Positions 51,978-63,640 are shown, counted from the first letter of the stretch. The stretch: DNA of 64,000 nucleotides from Macrostomum hystrix (GCA_950097015.1 CATNEN010000001.1:9300001-9364000); one strand, 5' to 3'. Notes: generated by a model not told the origin, from the sequence alone. Translations and numbers: made by a program.

Positions 51978-53257
51978 CTCTCTCTATCTATCTATTTGCA
52001 GGGGGGCCCGGGGCACTTGTCGCACAAGCGAGGGAGCGGCACGCCCCCAGACCGGCGAACTAGGCGCTTTTGCGCCCATCGCGCCGCCTCCCCTGAGCAG
52101 GCACCACACACAGCAGCACAGACCAGCCGGGGAGGGCAGGAGGCACCCAGAATAGGCAGCAGTGTCCCCCACCCCAGCCCCACACGCACATAGCAGACCA
52201 AGCCGGGGCGGGGCGGAAGGCTGATAAGAAATCAGTCCTCAGGGGGGGGCCGGGTGATGAGTGTACACTTATCCAATCGCGCTGACGGAAGTCCAGAAAG
52301 CGCGCGGCGGTGTACACCCGCCCTCCAGCCAGAACACAACGCAGAACAGGCACACAGAAAGGTAGGAGCGAAGTGAAATGGTTAGTCATGGAGAAGATCA
52401 TCCTGACATGGTTTGGGCGTTTTGCAACCGCTGACCTGCCCTCATGAGAGATGATCCCTAGAGGCGGGCGACATAGTCGATTAAATATCCGCCTAGCTAC
52501 TCGCGAGATGCCGCGGAGAGAGAGAGGAGATGAAGGGAGAGATGAGGAGGTTCAGTAGATGCAGGGAGTGGTCCTATCGGCCTCAGGCTGGCCAGTCCCA
52601 CTCGTCCCATAGGCCACAGGCATGACCGCCGTGCCTACCCCAAGCAATGCTCTAAACCGGCTGAAAGTCTAAAAAGAGAGGCGTCGGACTATCCGGAATC
52701 GGACAGGACAGGGCTAGACAGCCTACTGTCGTCAGTAGTACGTGCGCAACTGACTCCTAACCTTGGTAGCGGTGGTCGAAACGGCCTAGGCTCTTGTCAC
52801 AGAACTGCGGAACGGCTATCGGCAAAGCGGAATTATGACCTAAACTAGCTCATACAATAAAGTTATGGCCCGCGATCAGTCATTCCTATAGGGGGCTAGA
52901 ACAGATCCAGGGAGAGGGGATTCGACGGCTACTTAATTCACCGCCGCCCCAAACCCGGCCCTAAGATTAATGATCTTGCTTTGCGGCCAGCTGCTAGGTG
53001 GGTCGCGATTATTAACTGCCTAAAATTTGAAAATTTCTGCTGGCTCACATTCCCACTCGATTCCCGTAGCACACTCCACATCAGAAGCTATTATTTCAAG
53101 CTTTAATTGCACGAAATATGGTGCACCTCCGCCGGTCGCTACTGTCCAAACCTCCCAACAAGCCCCGAAATTAATCATGACTTGAAGGGTGAATCGAACT
53201 AGCGTCCTTTGGAGTGCGAGGCAGCGACGCTAGCCGCTGACCCACTCGCCCCCCTAG
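51978..53257 (-). mobile_element. Long (1.28 kb) tRNA-headed non-autonomous retroposon
   Basis: Minus-strand head GGGGGCGAGTGGGTCAGCGG..GTTCGATTC; 3' end CCCCCCTGC plus (ATAG/AG)n; 9-bp direct repeats TAAAACTAT at 51969-51977 and 53258-53266. Confidence 0.7.
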
Positions 53258-53424
53258 TAAAACTATATTCTTGTCTTTTATTTTTAGATAAGTACACAAA
53301 AATTACATGCAATAGTTCTGATCCTGTGTATTGCCGACAGCTTCAAAAGCCGACTTTCGGTTTCTTTATCAATTTAACAAAAGCCCTAGTGGAAATATCC
53401 CTGAAAACCAAAAGAAATGTATAA

Positions 53425-53550
53425 ATCCAAGGCACAGGTAGAGTGTACGAGTACACTGTCTGACGATGAGAAAGTCAAGGAAGATGTACACACCTGTGTG
53501 AGTGTGCTCCTGCGTACGGTATAGGTGTGGTGTGTTCAAATGTCAGCGGT
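53425..53550 (+). mobile_element. SINE family B internal fragment
   Basis: CCAAGGCACAG..GTACACTGTCTGACGATGAGAAAGTCA..GATGTACACACCTGTG. Confidence 0.75.
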
Positions 53551-53847
53551 ATGCCATCAGAATTAATAAGACTTTTGTGTGCATCCCAGCGGTTTTTTAC
53601 GGATAGAATTCTTGCAATAACATTTCAGATAAGTTTGACATTCTCCATCGATTTGTGTCTATAATCCCAACTTGAAATATCTATACGCTCTTGTGACTTA
53701 CTGTATTTGTTTATTTTTAAAAGGACCGTAATAAATGAAACAATATTACGCGGATCTCTGTAGACGCTCTACAAGGTCTTTGTAGAAATTGTGTCTCTGT
53801 TACAAATTAACTTTGTTGCGTTAACAACTTGGAGGCGGGCAATTCTC

Positions 53848-56249
53848 TCAAATTAGCAGCATCTCAATCTCTTGCATGGAATAGTAGTAACCGTAGAAGT
53901 AGTTCCACATGATGCCCATAGCGTAAGGTCCATTTATAGCTTCAGAGAAGGTCTTGTAGGGTCCGTTCGGATGCGCATCGAAGCAGTTGCCGAACCACCA
54001 GGCTCCATTGTATTTTATGGCGCAGTTCTCAGGATCTATGTCGTTGTCAGCGTCCAGTGTCGAAAACATTTGTCCATTGCTTCTCGAGCTAAGCGAATCA
54101 CCGACACCAGGACTGGCTGAAAAGCCGGAAACATTGAGCCTGTACTTGTCAGCCTCAGCACCCACGGAGAAACGGAAGTAGTCGGCCCAGCTCTCTGCGT
54201 TGCTCCACAGCTTCATCAGGAACCTCAGCTTCCGGCTACCAGATGATGTAATCTCATGTAGAGCGTTTAGTCCTAATTGTTTTTAGGAACAAGTTAGTTA
54301 TTAAATGACAAGTGAAGCAGCAACAACCGACTTGAAATACTAACGAATTAACATCTTAAAGTTTCGAACTCGCAACCTATCCAATAGTTTTTATCCGGTC
54401 CCTCGCCAAACTCGCTGAGGTATTGCGTCCAGTTGCGGTAGAAACTGACCGAACCGGATACCCTATGCTGCACAGTGATCCAGCATTCATCGTTGGTTGC
54501 CTGAAAGTTTAGAAATTAAATATTGTTTTTAGATTTCGGGCAAATTTCCTTATCATCTAGACTCATCTACACTTACCCAAACCAGTTGACTACCTCGATT
54601 CACATTGCGACATTTCCGGCAGTGGCTAAGGCCCAAGCGACATCGGTAGTGAGTGCAAATGCCGGAGCTAGTGTTGAAGGCTACCAACTGCAGGCTTGGG
54701 TCCTGCATAGCAGAAGAGATGCATTGCATCAAAGAACCAGAGGTCAGTCAGAGGTCAGGATTCTGCAGCAGCTTGGCATCATCGAGCCTGTGGAGGGTCC
54801 TGTGAGCAACGCTTCTCCGGTCGTCTGGATCAAGAAGAAGGACGGGACGTTGCGCATGTGCGCCGATTACAAGGTCCATGTGAACGACAAAATAAAGCCA
54901 GAGTCATACCCTATTCCAAGCATCGAGCACCTCTTTGGCAAGTTAAAGAATGCCAAGAAGTTTGCCAAGATTGATCTGAGGTCGGCTTACTGGCAGATCG
55001 AGCTGGACGAATCCGCCCAAGGCATCTCTATCATCAATACCTCGCGAGGCCTATACCGTGTCAAACGCCTTCAGATGGGCATGAAAAACGCTTCATTCAT
55101 TTTTCAACGCACAATGGAGAGCATCCTCTCCGACTTGAAGGGACTACTGATCTATCAAGACGACATCATGGTCTATGCTGAGAACGTTGAAGCACTCCAG
55201 AAGCGTCTGAAAGCAGTCAAAACGCGCCTGGCCGAAAAAAAGGTAACGGTCAATGAAGACAAATGTACAGGCATTTGCGATTCGATTTCATTCCTTGGAT
55301 TCGAAATTTCTGCCGCTGGAATTCGGCCCGATGATAAGCTCGTGGACAAAGTTCGCCACATCTCGACACCGAAGACCAAGAAGGAGATCGAGCAATTTCT
55401 CGGTCTGGTGAATTTCTTCGGCCGCTTGATTCCTGACTATTCCGCCAAGGTCGCCCCATTGAACGAACTGCGCAAGGCATCCACGCCGTTTGTCTGGTCT
55501 GAAGCATGTGCTCGCGCTTTCGAGAATCTCAAGAAGGAGATCTCATCACGACCAATAGTACAACCGTACAGCCTGGAGAAGGAGGTGACCCTCACAACAG
55601 ATGCCTCTAAAGGAGCGTTGGCAGGCGTTGTTACCCAGGAAGGACGCCCTGTAATCTTTATCTCTAGGACACTGTCCAAGGCCGAGACTAACTATTCCAA
55701 CATTGAACGGGAAGCACTCGCCATCTTCTGGGCCGTCTGTCGCCTGAAACACTACCTCCAAGGCCGACGATTTACGGTACAGACGGATCATCAGCCTCTT
55801 CTACGGCTTTTCGGTGGCAGCATACCAATGAGTTCATCGGCAAGAATCAGTCGCTGGGCCCTTTACCTGATGCAATTTGACTTTAGCGTGGTCTACGTTC
55901 CCGGATCGCGCATTCCGCATGCCGATGCGCTTTCTCGTCTGCCGTTTGATAATGACAGTCAAGACCCGGCCGACGCATTCGAGGCAATCAACTCAGTTGC
56001 CTTTGAATCCCCTACTATCAATCCTCGACGGATCGCTAGCGAACTTGATTCTGATCCACTGCTACAGCGCATCATACGTCGCGTACGCAATGGCGACTGG
56101 CATAACTGCACAACACTCGCCACCTCATAGTCTGAGAGATTCTCTCGACTAGGCCCCCACAGCTGCACGCTTGACGCGGCTTTAGATGTTGGATGCTTGG
56201 TTACAGCCAGCAAAAGCAGAACAAGTCGCAGAGTGTTGGTTAAATTCAT
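53848..56249 (-). pseudogene. Secreted PAN-like + fibrinogen C-terminal (FReD/ficolin-like) gene, disrupted in exon 1
   Basis: Exon 1a 56249-~56108 (MNLTNTLRLVLLLLAV..VASVVQ), exon 1b ~54664-54577 (GICTHYRCRLGLSHCRKC..LVW), exon 2 54500-54377 ([25 protein letters not shown]), exon 3 54272-53848 (LNALHEIT..FSTLDADND..CA..GAWWFGNC..NG.Y..GIMW..EML). Confidence 0.8.
54665..56107 (+). mobile_element. Ty3/Gypsy LTR-retrotransposon pol fragment (RT + RNase H; no gag, protease, integrase or LTRs seen)
   Basis: SPVVWIKKKDGTLRMCADY, KIDLRSAYWQI, MGMKNAS..FQR, YQDD, FLGLVNFF, TDAS, NYSNIEREALAI, TDHQPL, ADALSR. Confidence 0.93.
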
Positions 56250-56826
56250 AGTCGAACGATGACGAACTTTTGTATTGGTCGTTTAGTCAGCGGCCTTCCC
56301 ACGGCGATGCGATCATTTGAATTCAAGGTGGAAAAATGTAATATTTTACTAACGCGTTGCGGGAACAGCTGCTTTTCAGTGAACTGACAGTATTTGTCCC
56401 ATCAAAAAATATCTTACGTAGGGCTGACAAGGGGATCGATAGTCAAACAATGGGAACAATAGTCTGCTGACTTCAGAAAGTCAAGGGCTTCTTCGCTTCT
56501 ACGCCTTAAAAAAGATAAAAACTTTCATAACCAAAGCTCTCGCAGTTTTTTTGGACTAATATTTAGCAACGTAGAAAAAAAGAATGAAAAAAACAGAGAG
56601 CGTTTTGAGGAGGAACTTGACAATCAAAGGAGGTTGGCCTGGGTTTTTTCGTCTGTAAAAAAAGGGATATTTTGCAAAGGGATTTAATAAAGGGACTCGA
56701 AAATCCTTAGACAGAGCTGTGTTGTCTCATAATTTCAAGGGCGCCACAAGCATGATCCACAGACGAAAGTAGCGGGCACGGAATGCATTCCTGCCCGCGT
56801 CTAAATCATTCGTGCCCGGCACTTTA

Positions 56827-58278
56827 GTCTATGGAAAACTGAGATTTTACTCTATTTTTTTAAGAAGCCGAGAGAATTCGGAGGGGGAGAATATAATTCA
56901 GGAGCGTTAACCTGAAAATTATTAACTTGAAAAGAATTGCCACTGCAGCGATATTAGTGGCTTGGATAGTGCTGAATTGGATTTCATGTCCAAATTGTCC
57001 AAGTGCGCCGAGGCGACGATCGATCAGTGGTCGGGACTGCTAATCCTGGACCTCAATGAGGTGGAGACATTTCTGACGGATCTACGGGATCCGGAAGTTT
57101 CGTATCGTGACTTGGAGGTGCAAGAGCTAGAAGGCATCAAACGGCTTGAACAATCGTCCAAGTCACCATCCACCGTAGCGCTACTAAGAATCACGTTGAT
57201 CGGTTCAAGAAATTTCTTCGAGAGAAAAACCTGCCTTACTTAGACGGCTATCTTCGCCTATGGTATGTTAGTCTGCGAGCGAATCCTGCGCTTGGAACGA
57301 AGACCTATGCACCGGATACGATTCGTGGCTTTCGGGCAAGCATTCACCGATTTGTAAAGGAGACACGCGCCATTGATGTCATTGGCAACGAAGTATTCCA
57401 GTTGAGCAACGAAACCTATAAGCGATCAACGTTGAAGGGATCAAACTGTATCTTTCGAAGCTTCCATCTGAGAACGGCTCTCTGTTTCCCAGGCCTGCCG
57501 TCAAGTGGCAGAATGGAGCATGGTATTACCCAAAGGATGTATTGGGCAAGAACACATTGGCCAGCATGATGAAGACGATCTCGAAAGCGGCCAGCGGATC
57601 TCTCGCGGGACTACACCAACCATTCGATCCGCGCAACAACCATAACAAACCTGTCCTCTGCTGGATTCAGTGCCGAAGCGATTCAAACCGTCTCTGGGCA
57701 CAAAAAGGTGGATAGTGTTGTCCGTTATGCAAAGCGGACAACGGTGGCCCAGAAGCGCGCATTGTCTTCGGCTATCACAGATAGTCTACATGCCTCTACG
57801 TCGAGCGTGGTCAGTCATCAAGCACAAGCACTCCAGCGTTCCAACTGCCGTCACAACTATTGGCCAGCCTGATAAATCCGGCCCGACCGTCTTGGAGAAG
57901 AACGGGGCTAAATGTTACGTTTTGTGAGTGCAAAAAGGTCGCTTTGCGAAATTAGACTTTGGCTCTGGACTCTAACTGCTTTGTTTGATGTTTTGTTTAT
58001 TTTGTTGAAATACGTTGAAATACAAAAAAATAATCCATTATCGGCCCAACTTTTCGGGCCAAAATGACATCGTCTATGGCAATAATCGAATATCAGCCCG
58101 CCCGATAGCCACGTAGTCATGGTACAATGGCCGTGCGGCCCGCGAAATCATGGCACAACAGCAGAGGGCGGGCTGCCGTTTGTTTCAGCCTCGTTTTCAC
58201 ACGCGTAGGCTAACTACAATATGGACATGCAATTAAATAATCGATGGCAAAGTCAGTTGAGTTTCTTATTGTCTATGG
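56827..58278 (+). mobile_element. Decayed Crypton-like tyrosine-recombinase element (DUF3504/ZMYM-QRICH1-KCTD1 type)
   Basis: Frameshifted coding ~57243-57790: LDGYLRLWYVSLR..Y..DTIRGFRASIHRF..F..SN, KLYLSKLP, WY....LGKNTL..MMK.IS, YTNHSIRAT, VSGHK...SVVRY. GTCTATGG at 56827, 58072 and 58271; element limits are uncertain. Confidence 0.8.
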
Positions 58279-58799
58279 TCGAAGCCATGACTATTCCCGC
58301 AACCAAATAAATAAAGTGAACACTAAAATAAAGATCTGAAAAATTTACAGGTTCAGGAGGAGGCAGTTTTTATTAAAAATATATCTAGAAAATTCAGAAT
58401 AACTAACTAATCAGGAGACTGTCTTTCTTTCATCTTCTATCTTTCAAGCTGATTGTCAACTATTGTTCCGAAAAATTCATCTACACTACTGCAGCAATAA
58501 TCTACATAAATGACAGAATGTCATTCAATTTACTGATCTTGTAGGGGGCATAATGATTAGAGAATAGCAAGTCAAGGCTTGCTTCAAGATTAAATACATT
58601 CCGGCTGTCAATAAACGCGACAAAAAAGAATTGTCTTTTAAATGATTGAAAGCCAAACGTAAAGTTAAGTGTTGTCTTGTAGTTTGTAAGAATTTGAGTT
58701 CTATTTAGAAAGCTTTTTCTATCATTTCTTTTGGTTTGTTTCGCAATATTGCAGACGCAGTTCTTGTTTTTTATACCAATATGATTGTTTTTCTAAGAA

Positions 58800-59110
58800 T
58801 CTAGCTCTTCTAATCTTCACTGATGAGCCAGATACAATCAATGCGAGTGTAAGCAGTGAAATAATTAGCAAGGCGAGCACACCTACTGAGATCATGTGAG
58901 CTCACCAGTGCCTTAGACTTGACTGCCTTCTAGCGCCATGGATGCCATCAACGCGAGCTTGCCAGCTTCTGCTGGTGAGGGCCGCGTAAGCAGAACTCGG
59001 ACTGCCAGAACGCCATGTCAGAAGGGTCCTGGGCACTGAACCCGGAGCTAGGATCTGGAAAGTCTCAAAATTCAGCGAACGCGTCAAGCGTCGTGCGATT
59101 AATGATATGC
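58800..59110 (+). pseudogene. Decayed PAN-like exon of the GRD family (copy 5)
   Basis: ..VSSEII..EIM*AHQCLRLDC..RACQLLLVRAA*AELGLPERHVRRVLGTEPGARIWKV is homologous to exon 2 with two in-frame stops; no GRD exons follow. Confidence 0.75.
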
Positions 59111-59149
59111 TTAGGCTAACGAATTTGCGTCTCACAGAAAGGTTCTTCT

Positions 59150-59458
59150 TGAGCTCGATTCCACGGCGAGGCCACATGCATTTGGGCCGCAGCCGCAGAC
59201 AGAAAGCTTAGGGGCATGTGCAATTTACGCCCTTAAGGGCCAACCTCCAAGGCAAAATGAGAGTGTACACTGCCTGACGATGAGAAAGTAAGGGCAGATG
59301 TACACACCTGTGTGAGCGTATGCCTGCGTACGGTATTTGTGTGCGTGTGTGCTCAGGAGTCAGTGAAATGGGCAGAATTGCCTCCTCGCTGGCTGCGGGT
59401 CTAGTGTCACCAAATGATGTACCATTGCCTGCAGCCCTCCTGTAATTATTATTAATAT
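59150..59458 (+). mobile_element. SINE family B copy
   Basis: GAGCTCGATTCC through ..CAGCCCTCCTGTAATTATTATT. Confidence 0.85.
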
Positions 59459-60346
59459 ATTTCCGCGGGGGGTTTGGGCGCGGAGGTTAAGCCCAAAGGA
59501 GGACGGGCCGGATCGACCCTTGTGTCCTAGCAGCAAAAATGGAGAGCTGCCGGACTCCCTCTGCCTGGATCCACGCATGTCACGAACCTCTAAACCGATC
59601 GACCTCTGCAATAGAAGTACGATAAAGGGGGCTTCGAGTAAGAACCACATTGCCGACCGAAATAAACCGTCCGACAATGGAGGGTCCTTGGGCATACCGT
59701 CCTTCCACTGGGAAGGTGACCCAGTATGCGGTTTTAACCGCCGGAAATAAAGGTATTTACTAGGCGTCGTCCAGTAGGACACCACCTCGGCTTTATACTT
59801 GGAGTTGCCTAATTAATGAACAATTAATTGTGAAGTACCTGCAGGTTTCCATCAAGTAATCAATTTGTGAAGTTCGAAAAAATGAAGAAACGTCTCTAGC
59901 AGATTGGTTTACCCAGCTTCCTATGGTATAGTATGCAGGAATCGATTTATTGACCACAACAGTCTCAGAAACCACTCAGGTACCACCATTGTGACTACTA
60001 CAGTTTCATAGTTCCCTGCAGCATTGATTACTTTACAGAACAGAACAGAACTGCGACTCAAGACAGATGTCAAATAGACTCTCGTCGTGTTGCGAAGACA
60101 CGATGTCTACACGCATGAATGCAACTGGGGGGAGAATCGTAAGTTAAGACTTTCGTTTTTATCGATTAAATGCTTCTTTTCGTTTGTCCACAACAGAAAA
60201 TGTAATGTCTCTGAATCAACAAAATGGTTAGCAAGCTGCGTGACTTGAGTCAAATATTACCTGTGAGAAGAAAATCTTTGACCAATCTCTTATTCTAAGG
60301 TATATAAACAAGATGAATTGCAGCATAGAATCGTCAATGGACCATC

Positions 60347-63016
60347 ATGAAGCTAAACTCAATTGAAATTTTATTCCTAATCGGACTCATCTCCGGTCTC
60401 GCTTGGGTCACTGTGGATGCCCAGGATGGTAAGCCGGTCATTGTGAGACTATTATTTTATCTCGTGGACCATGCTCAAGGAGTTGCAGTGCGGACTAACT
60501 TGTTAGACTCGCGCACCAAGGTCCCTGAGCTCGATTCCGTGGTGAGGCCACATTCCTTCGGGGCGCAGCCGCGGAGAGAAGGCTTTGGCGGGGGCTTGTT
60601 CTGCAGTTGGGCACAGTGGAAGACACTGCGTGACGATTGATACTAACAATAATAATTGAAGGAGGACAGCGGGCAATGAATGGCACATCATCGAGTGACA
60701 GTACACCCGCAGTCAGCGAGGAGGCAATGCTCTAGAGTATGACTCTTGAGCACACACGCACAGATACTGGAGGCAGGCATACACTCACTCAGCAGTGTAC
60801 ATCTGCCCTGACTTTTTCATCGTCTGGCAGTCTACACTGTCACTGTGCATTGAGTAGAAGGCGTAAATTGCATGACAAGCCACCGAGCCTTTTCTCCGCG
60901 GCTAGCAGATACTGTCACCAAATGATGTGCGTGTGCCCAAAGCCCTCGTGCAAAAAATAAATAATCTAATTATTATTATAGAAAATATCTTAGCAAATAC
61001 AAGCGTTTTATTTACTATTAACACGTTTTAATCCTTCCGCTTCAGCCCTTTGTCCTTTGATGCGTCTAGACAAGGCGCGCCACTTTGTCGAGTCCACTGC
61101 ACCAGTGATTGTGAATAACAATATTAAATCTGACGTCGTCAATGAGACCAACGTGCTGACCATTGTCGAATGCTTGGCCCTGTGCCAGACAAGATTCTGC
61201 GCTGCGATAGTTTTCATCTTGAGCAGTCGAATCTGTCGCATCGTGGTATTATTTGACACTCTGCTGACCGCCAGCCCGCCTGGAAGCCACATGCGGAGAG
61301 TTCTGGGCAATGAGTCTGGCGCCAAAGTGTGGGTTGTTAGGGACTTCTCAATGCTACTGGATGCTTGCCCGGGCCTCATATTCTCAAGTGAGTTCTCAAC
61401 TGCCATTAAAATTAATTACATGAGCTTATAGTTAGAGCGTAGGACTCATAAGATTCAACTGGAACTACTTGTGTCCTTTAGCACGACACATAACTCGACA
61501 TCGCTTCAGTCGACCCAGCTGTAAACTTAAGTTCGATTATTTCAGTCAGCGGCAACACCAGCTTCGGTATTGTCGGAGATACATCCATCAACGTGACTGG
61601 CTGCTATCGTATCGAAGCTTCCGGTGCAAGAGGCGGAAACAACAGCTTCGCGAACAAATTCGGCGGCAGAGGCGCCTACGTCGGTGCGAACTTCAATCTG
61701 ACATCGGGCACTAAGCTGTTTATCGTTGTTGGACAGACTGGTGGCCCGGCCAGCTTGGCAAAGTCTGGAGCAGCTGGCGGCGGTGGTGGCAGTTTCGTCT
61801 ACGTTGGAGCCAGCAATCTACTGATGGCGGCCGGCGGCGGAGGCGGAGCTTCAAACGAGTCCGATGGTGACGTCTAGACGCTTGTTAAAATTGCACTTCT
61901 CAAAAACGCTGCGTCAAGAGAACTTCTCTGCAATTTAACCGCTTCGTTCTGGGGTTGAGCGGTCTAACGCGTTTGCCTTTCGCACCAAGGTCCCTGAGCT
62001 CGATTCCGCGGCGAGGCCACATTCATGTGGGGCGCGACTTCGGAGAGAAGGCTTGGGGCCTTTCGCGCAATTTACGCCCTAGAGGTCCACTTTGAACACT
62101 TTGTATACACTGCTTGAGGATAAAAATTTAAAACTGCCGATTCTAAAAATCCTTTTTTTTCTTAGATTTTTTCCTGTCGAATATTACCATTTTAACCGTC
62201 AACTCTTAGAGTAGCAGCTTGGGGGTGAGTGGCAGAGCGGTTAACGATTCCGCGGTGAGGCCACATTAAATTTAGGCGCCCTTAAGAACCAACCTCCAAG
62301 GCACAGTGAGAGTGTACACTGGCTGACGATGATAAAGTAAGGGCAGATGTACAAACTTGTGTGTGTGTGCCTGCGTACGGTATCTGTGTGCGTGTGTGCT
62401 CAGGAGTCAGCGGAATGGGCAGAATTGCCTACTCGCTGGCTGCGGGTCAAGTGGCACCAAATGACGTGTGATTGTCTACGGCCCTCCTGTACAATTAATT
62501 TTTATTATTAACCGATTCGGTCCAGGTGCCCCGGGCCAGGCTGGAGTGAACGGAACTGACTCGACTGGTGCGATGGACTCGAACCGCGGCTACGGTGGCA
62601 GCAACGGCATGGCCGGCTTGAACAATCCGAACTCCACCCAGGTCGGTAGTAGTCACGGCGGCTGCGGGGCTGGCTGGCTGGGCAAGGCCTTAAATGCGAG
62701 GCGAAGCTCGAATGACGGCGAGAGAGGCGGCGGTCTGGCCGACAATTGGCTCGGTGGCGTCGCCGGCGAAGGCGGTATTGGCGATGGCGGCTTCGGCGGC
62801 GGCGGCGGTGGTGGCAGCGGGACAACGACCCAGTTTGGAGCAGCCGGAGCCGGCGGCGGCTACAGCGGAGGAGGCGCGGGGTTGAGTTTCAACCACGCCG
62901 GCGGCGGTGGCGGTTCGTTCTGCGGCGGCGGCGGCTGCATTGCGAGTACCGGTGGAAACGTCGATAGCGACCAAGGCCTTGTGTTCTTTCGCCTGTTGGC
63001 TCCATCTAGCTGCTAG
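60347..63016 (+). CDS. Secreted PAN-like + ALK/LTK-GRD protein, copy 6
   Basis: TATATAAA at 60301. Exons 60347-60428 (MKLNSIEILFLIGLISGLAWVTVDA), 61046-61387, 61546-61867 and 62526-63016, phase-1 introns. Confidence 0.85.
60505..60930. mobile_element. Two SINE family B fragments in opposite orientation, intron 1 of copy 6
   Basis: Plus copy ~60505-60620; minus copy ~60700-60905. Confidence 0.75.
61950..62500 (+). mobile_element. Two tandem SINE family B copies, intron 3 of copy 6
   Basis: Heads at ~61950 and 62221 (GGGGGTGAGTGGCAGAGCGGTTAAC). Confidence 0.82.
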
Positions 63017-63429
63017 TCCGTCTAGGAAAGATTCGGCCTCATAAAAAACAACTATTTTATAACAGTTGATATTTTATAATTAATATTTTGAATTTTCTGA
63101 AAAACTAGTGGAATAGTCAAAAGTTCCCAAATCGAGTTTAAGCATAAAAAGCAACTGATTAGAAAAAGTTTTCTTGTTTTTCAACTCTGTTTTATCTTTC
63201 CAACAACGCGATGGAGCTCTTGGTGATAATATATTGATTATTTTATAGCTGCAGTCACTGCAATTACAGCTACTTCATGTAGCTGAAGTAGAAATCATGT
63301 ACTAGCTTTTGAGATGGTGTTGGTCCGCTACGAGTAAAGAAACATTTAGCCGACCAAAGGGTACAAAAACCTTTTTTAATACGCGGGTCAAAGAAAGAGT
63401 TCAAAGGGCGACAGCTGGCCGCATGGAAG

Positions 63430-63640
63430 ACGCGGGACACGGGACACGGGAGAGATGAGTCACGGGAGAGATGAGTCACGGGAGAGATGAGTCACGGGAG
63501 AGATGAGTCACGGGAGAGATGAGTCACGGGAGAGATGAGTCACGGGAGAGATAGGATTACGGAAGAGAGAAGATACGGAAGAGATGAGACACAGGAGAGA
63601 TGAGACACGGGAGATATGAGACGAGATAGATGGGACACCA
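63430..63640. repeat. 16-bp minisatellite (CACGGGAGAGATGAGT)
   Basis: About 6 perfect copies plus degenerate ones. Confidence 0.9.

Noticed and set aside
54523-54664. N-terminus of the 535-aa Gypsy ORF
   Set aside because: This part is the antisense of the FReD intron and exon 1b, not retroelement sequence.
59262-59305. Hammerhead ribozyme in SINE B (CTGACGA..GAAA..GTC)
   Set aside because: Only 3 nt separate CTGACGA and GAAA, and no helix III can form. It is better read as a simple hairpin.
59460-59790. GC-rich segment as a gene
   Set aside because: No convincing protein in any frame; probably a decayed LINE fragment, too weak to call.
37010-63016. A true ALK/LTK receptor gene, or PE-PGRS/collagen/bacterial contamination
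   Set aside because: Each copy stops right after the GRD, with no EGF, TM or kinase exons. There is no Gly-X-Y periodicity, and the genes have spliceosomal introns and host SINEs.
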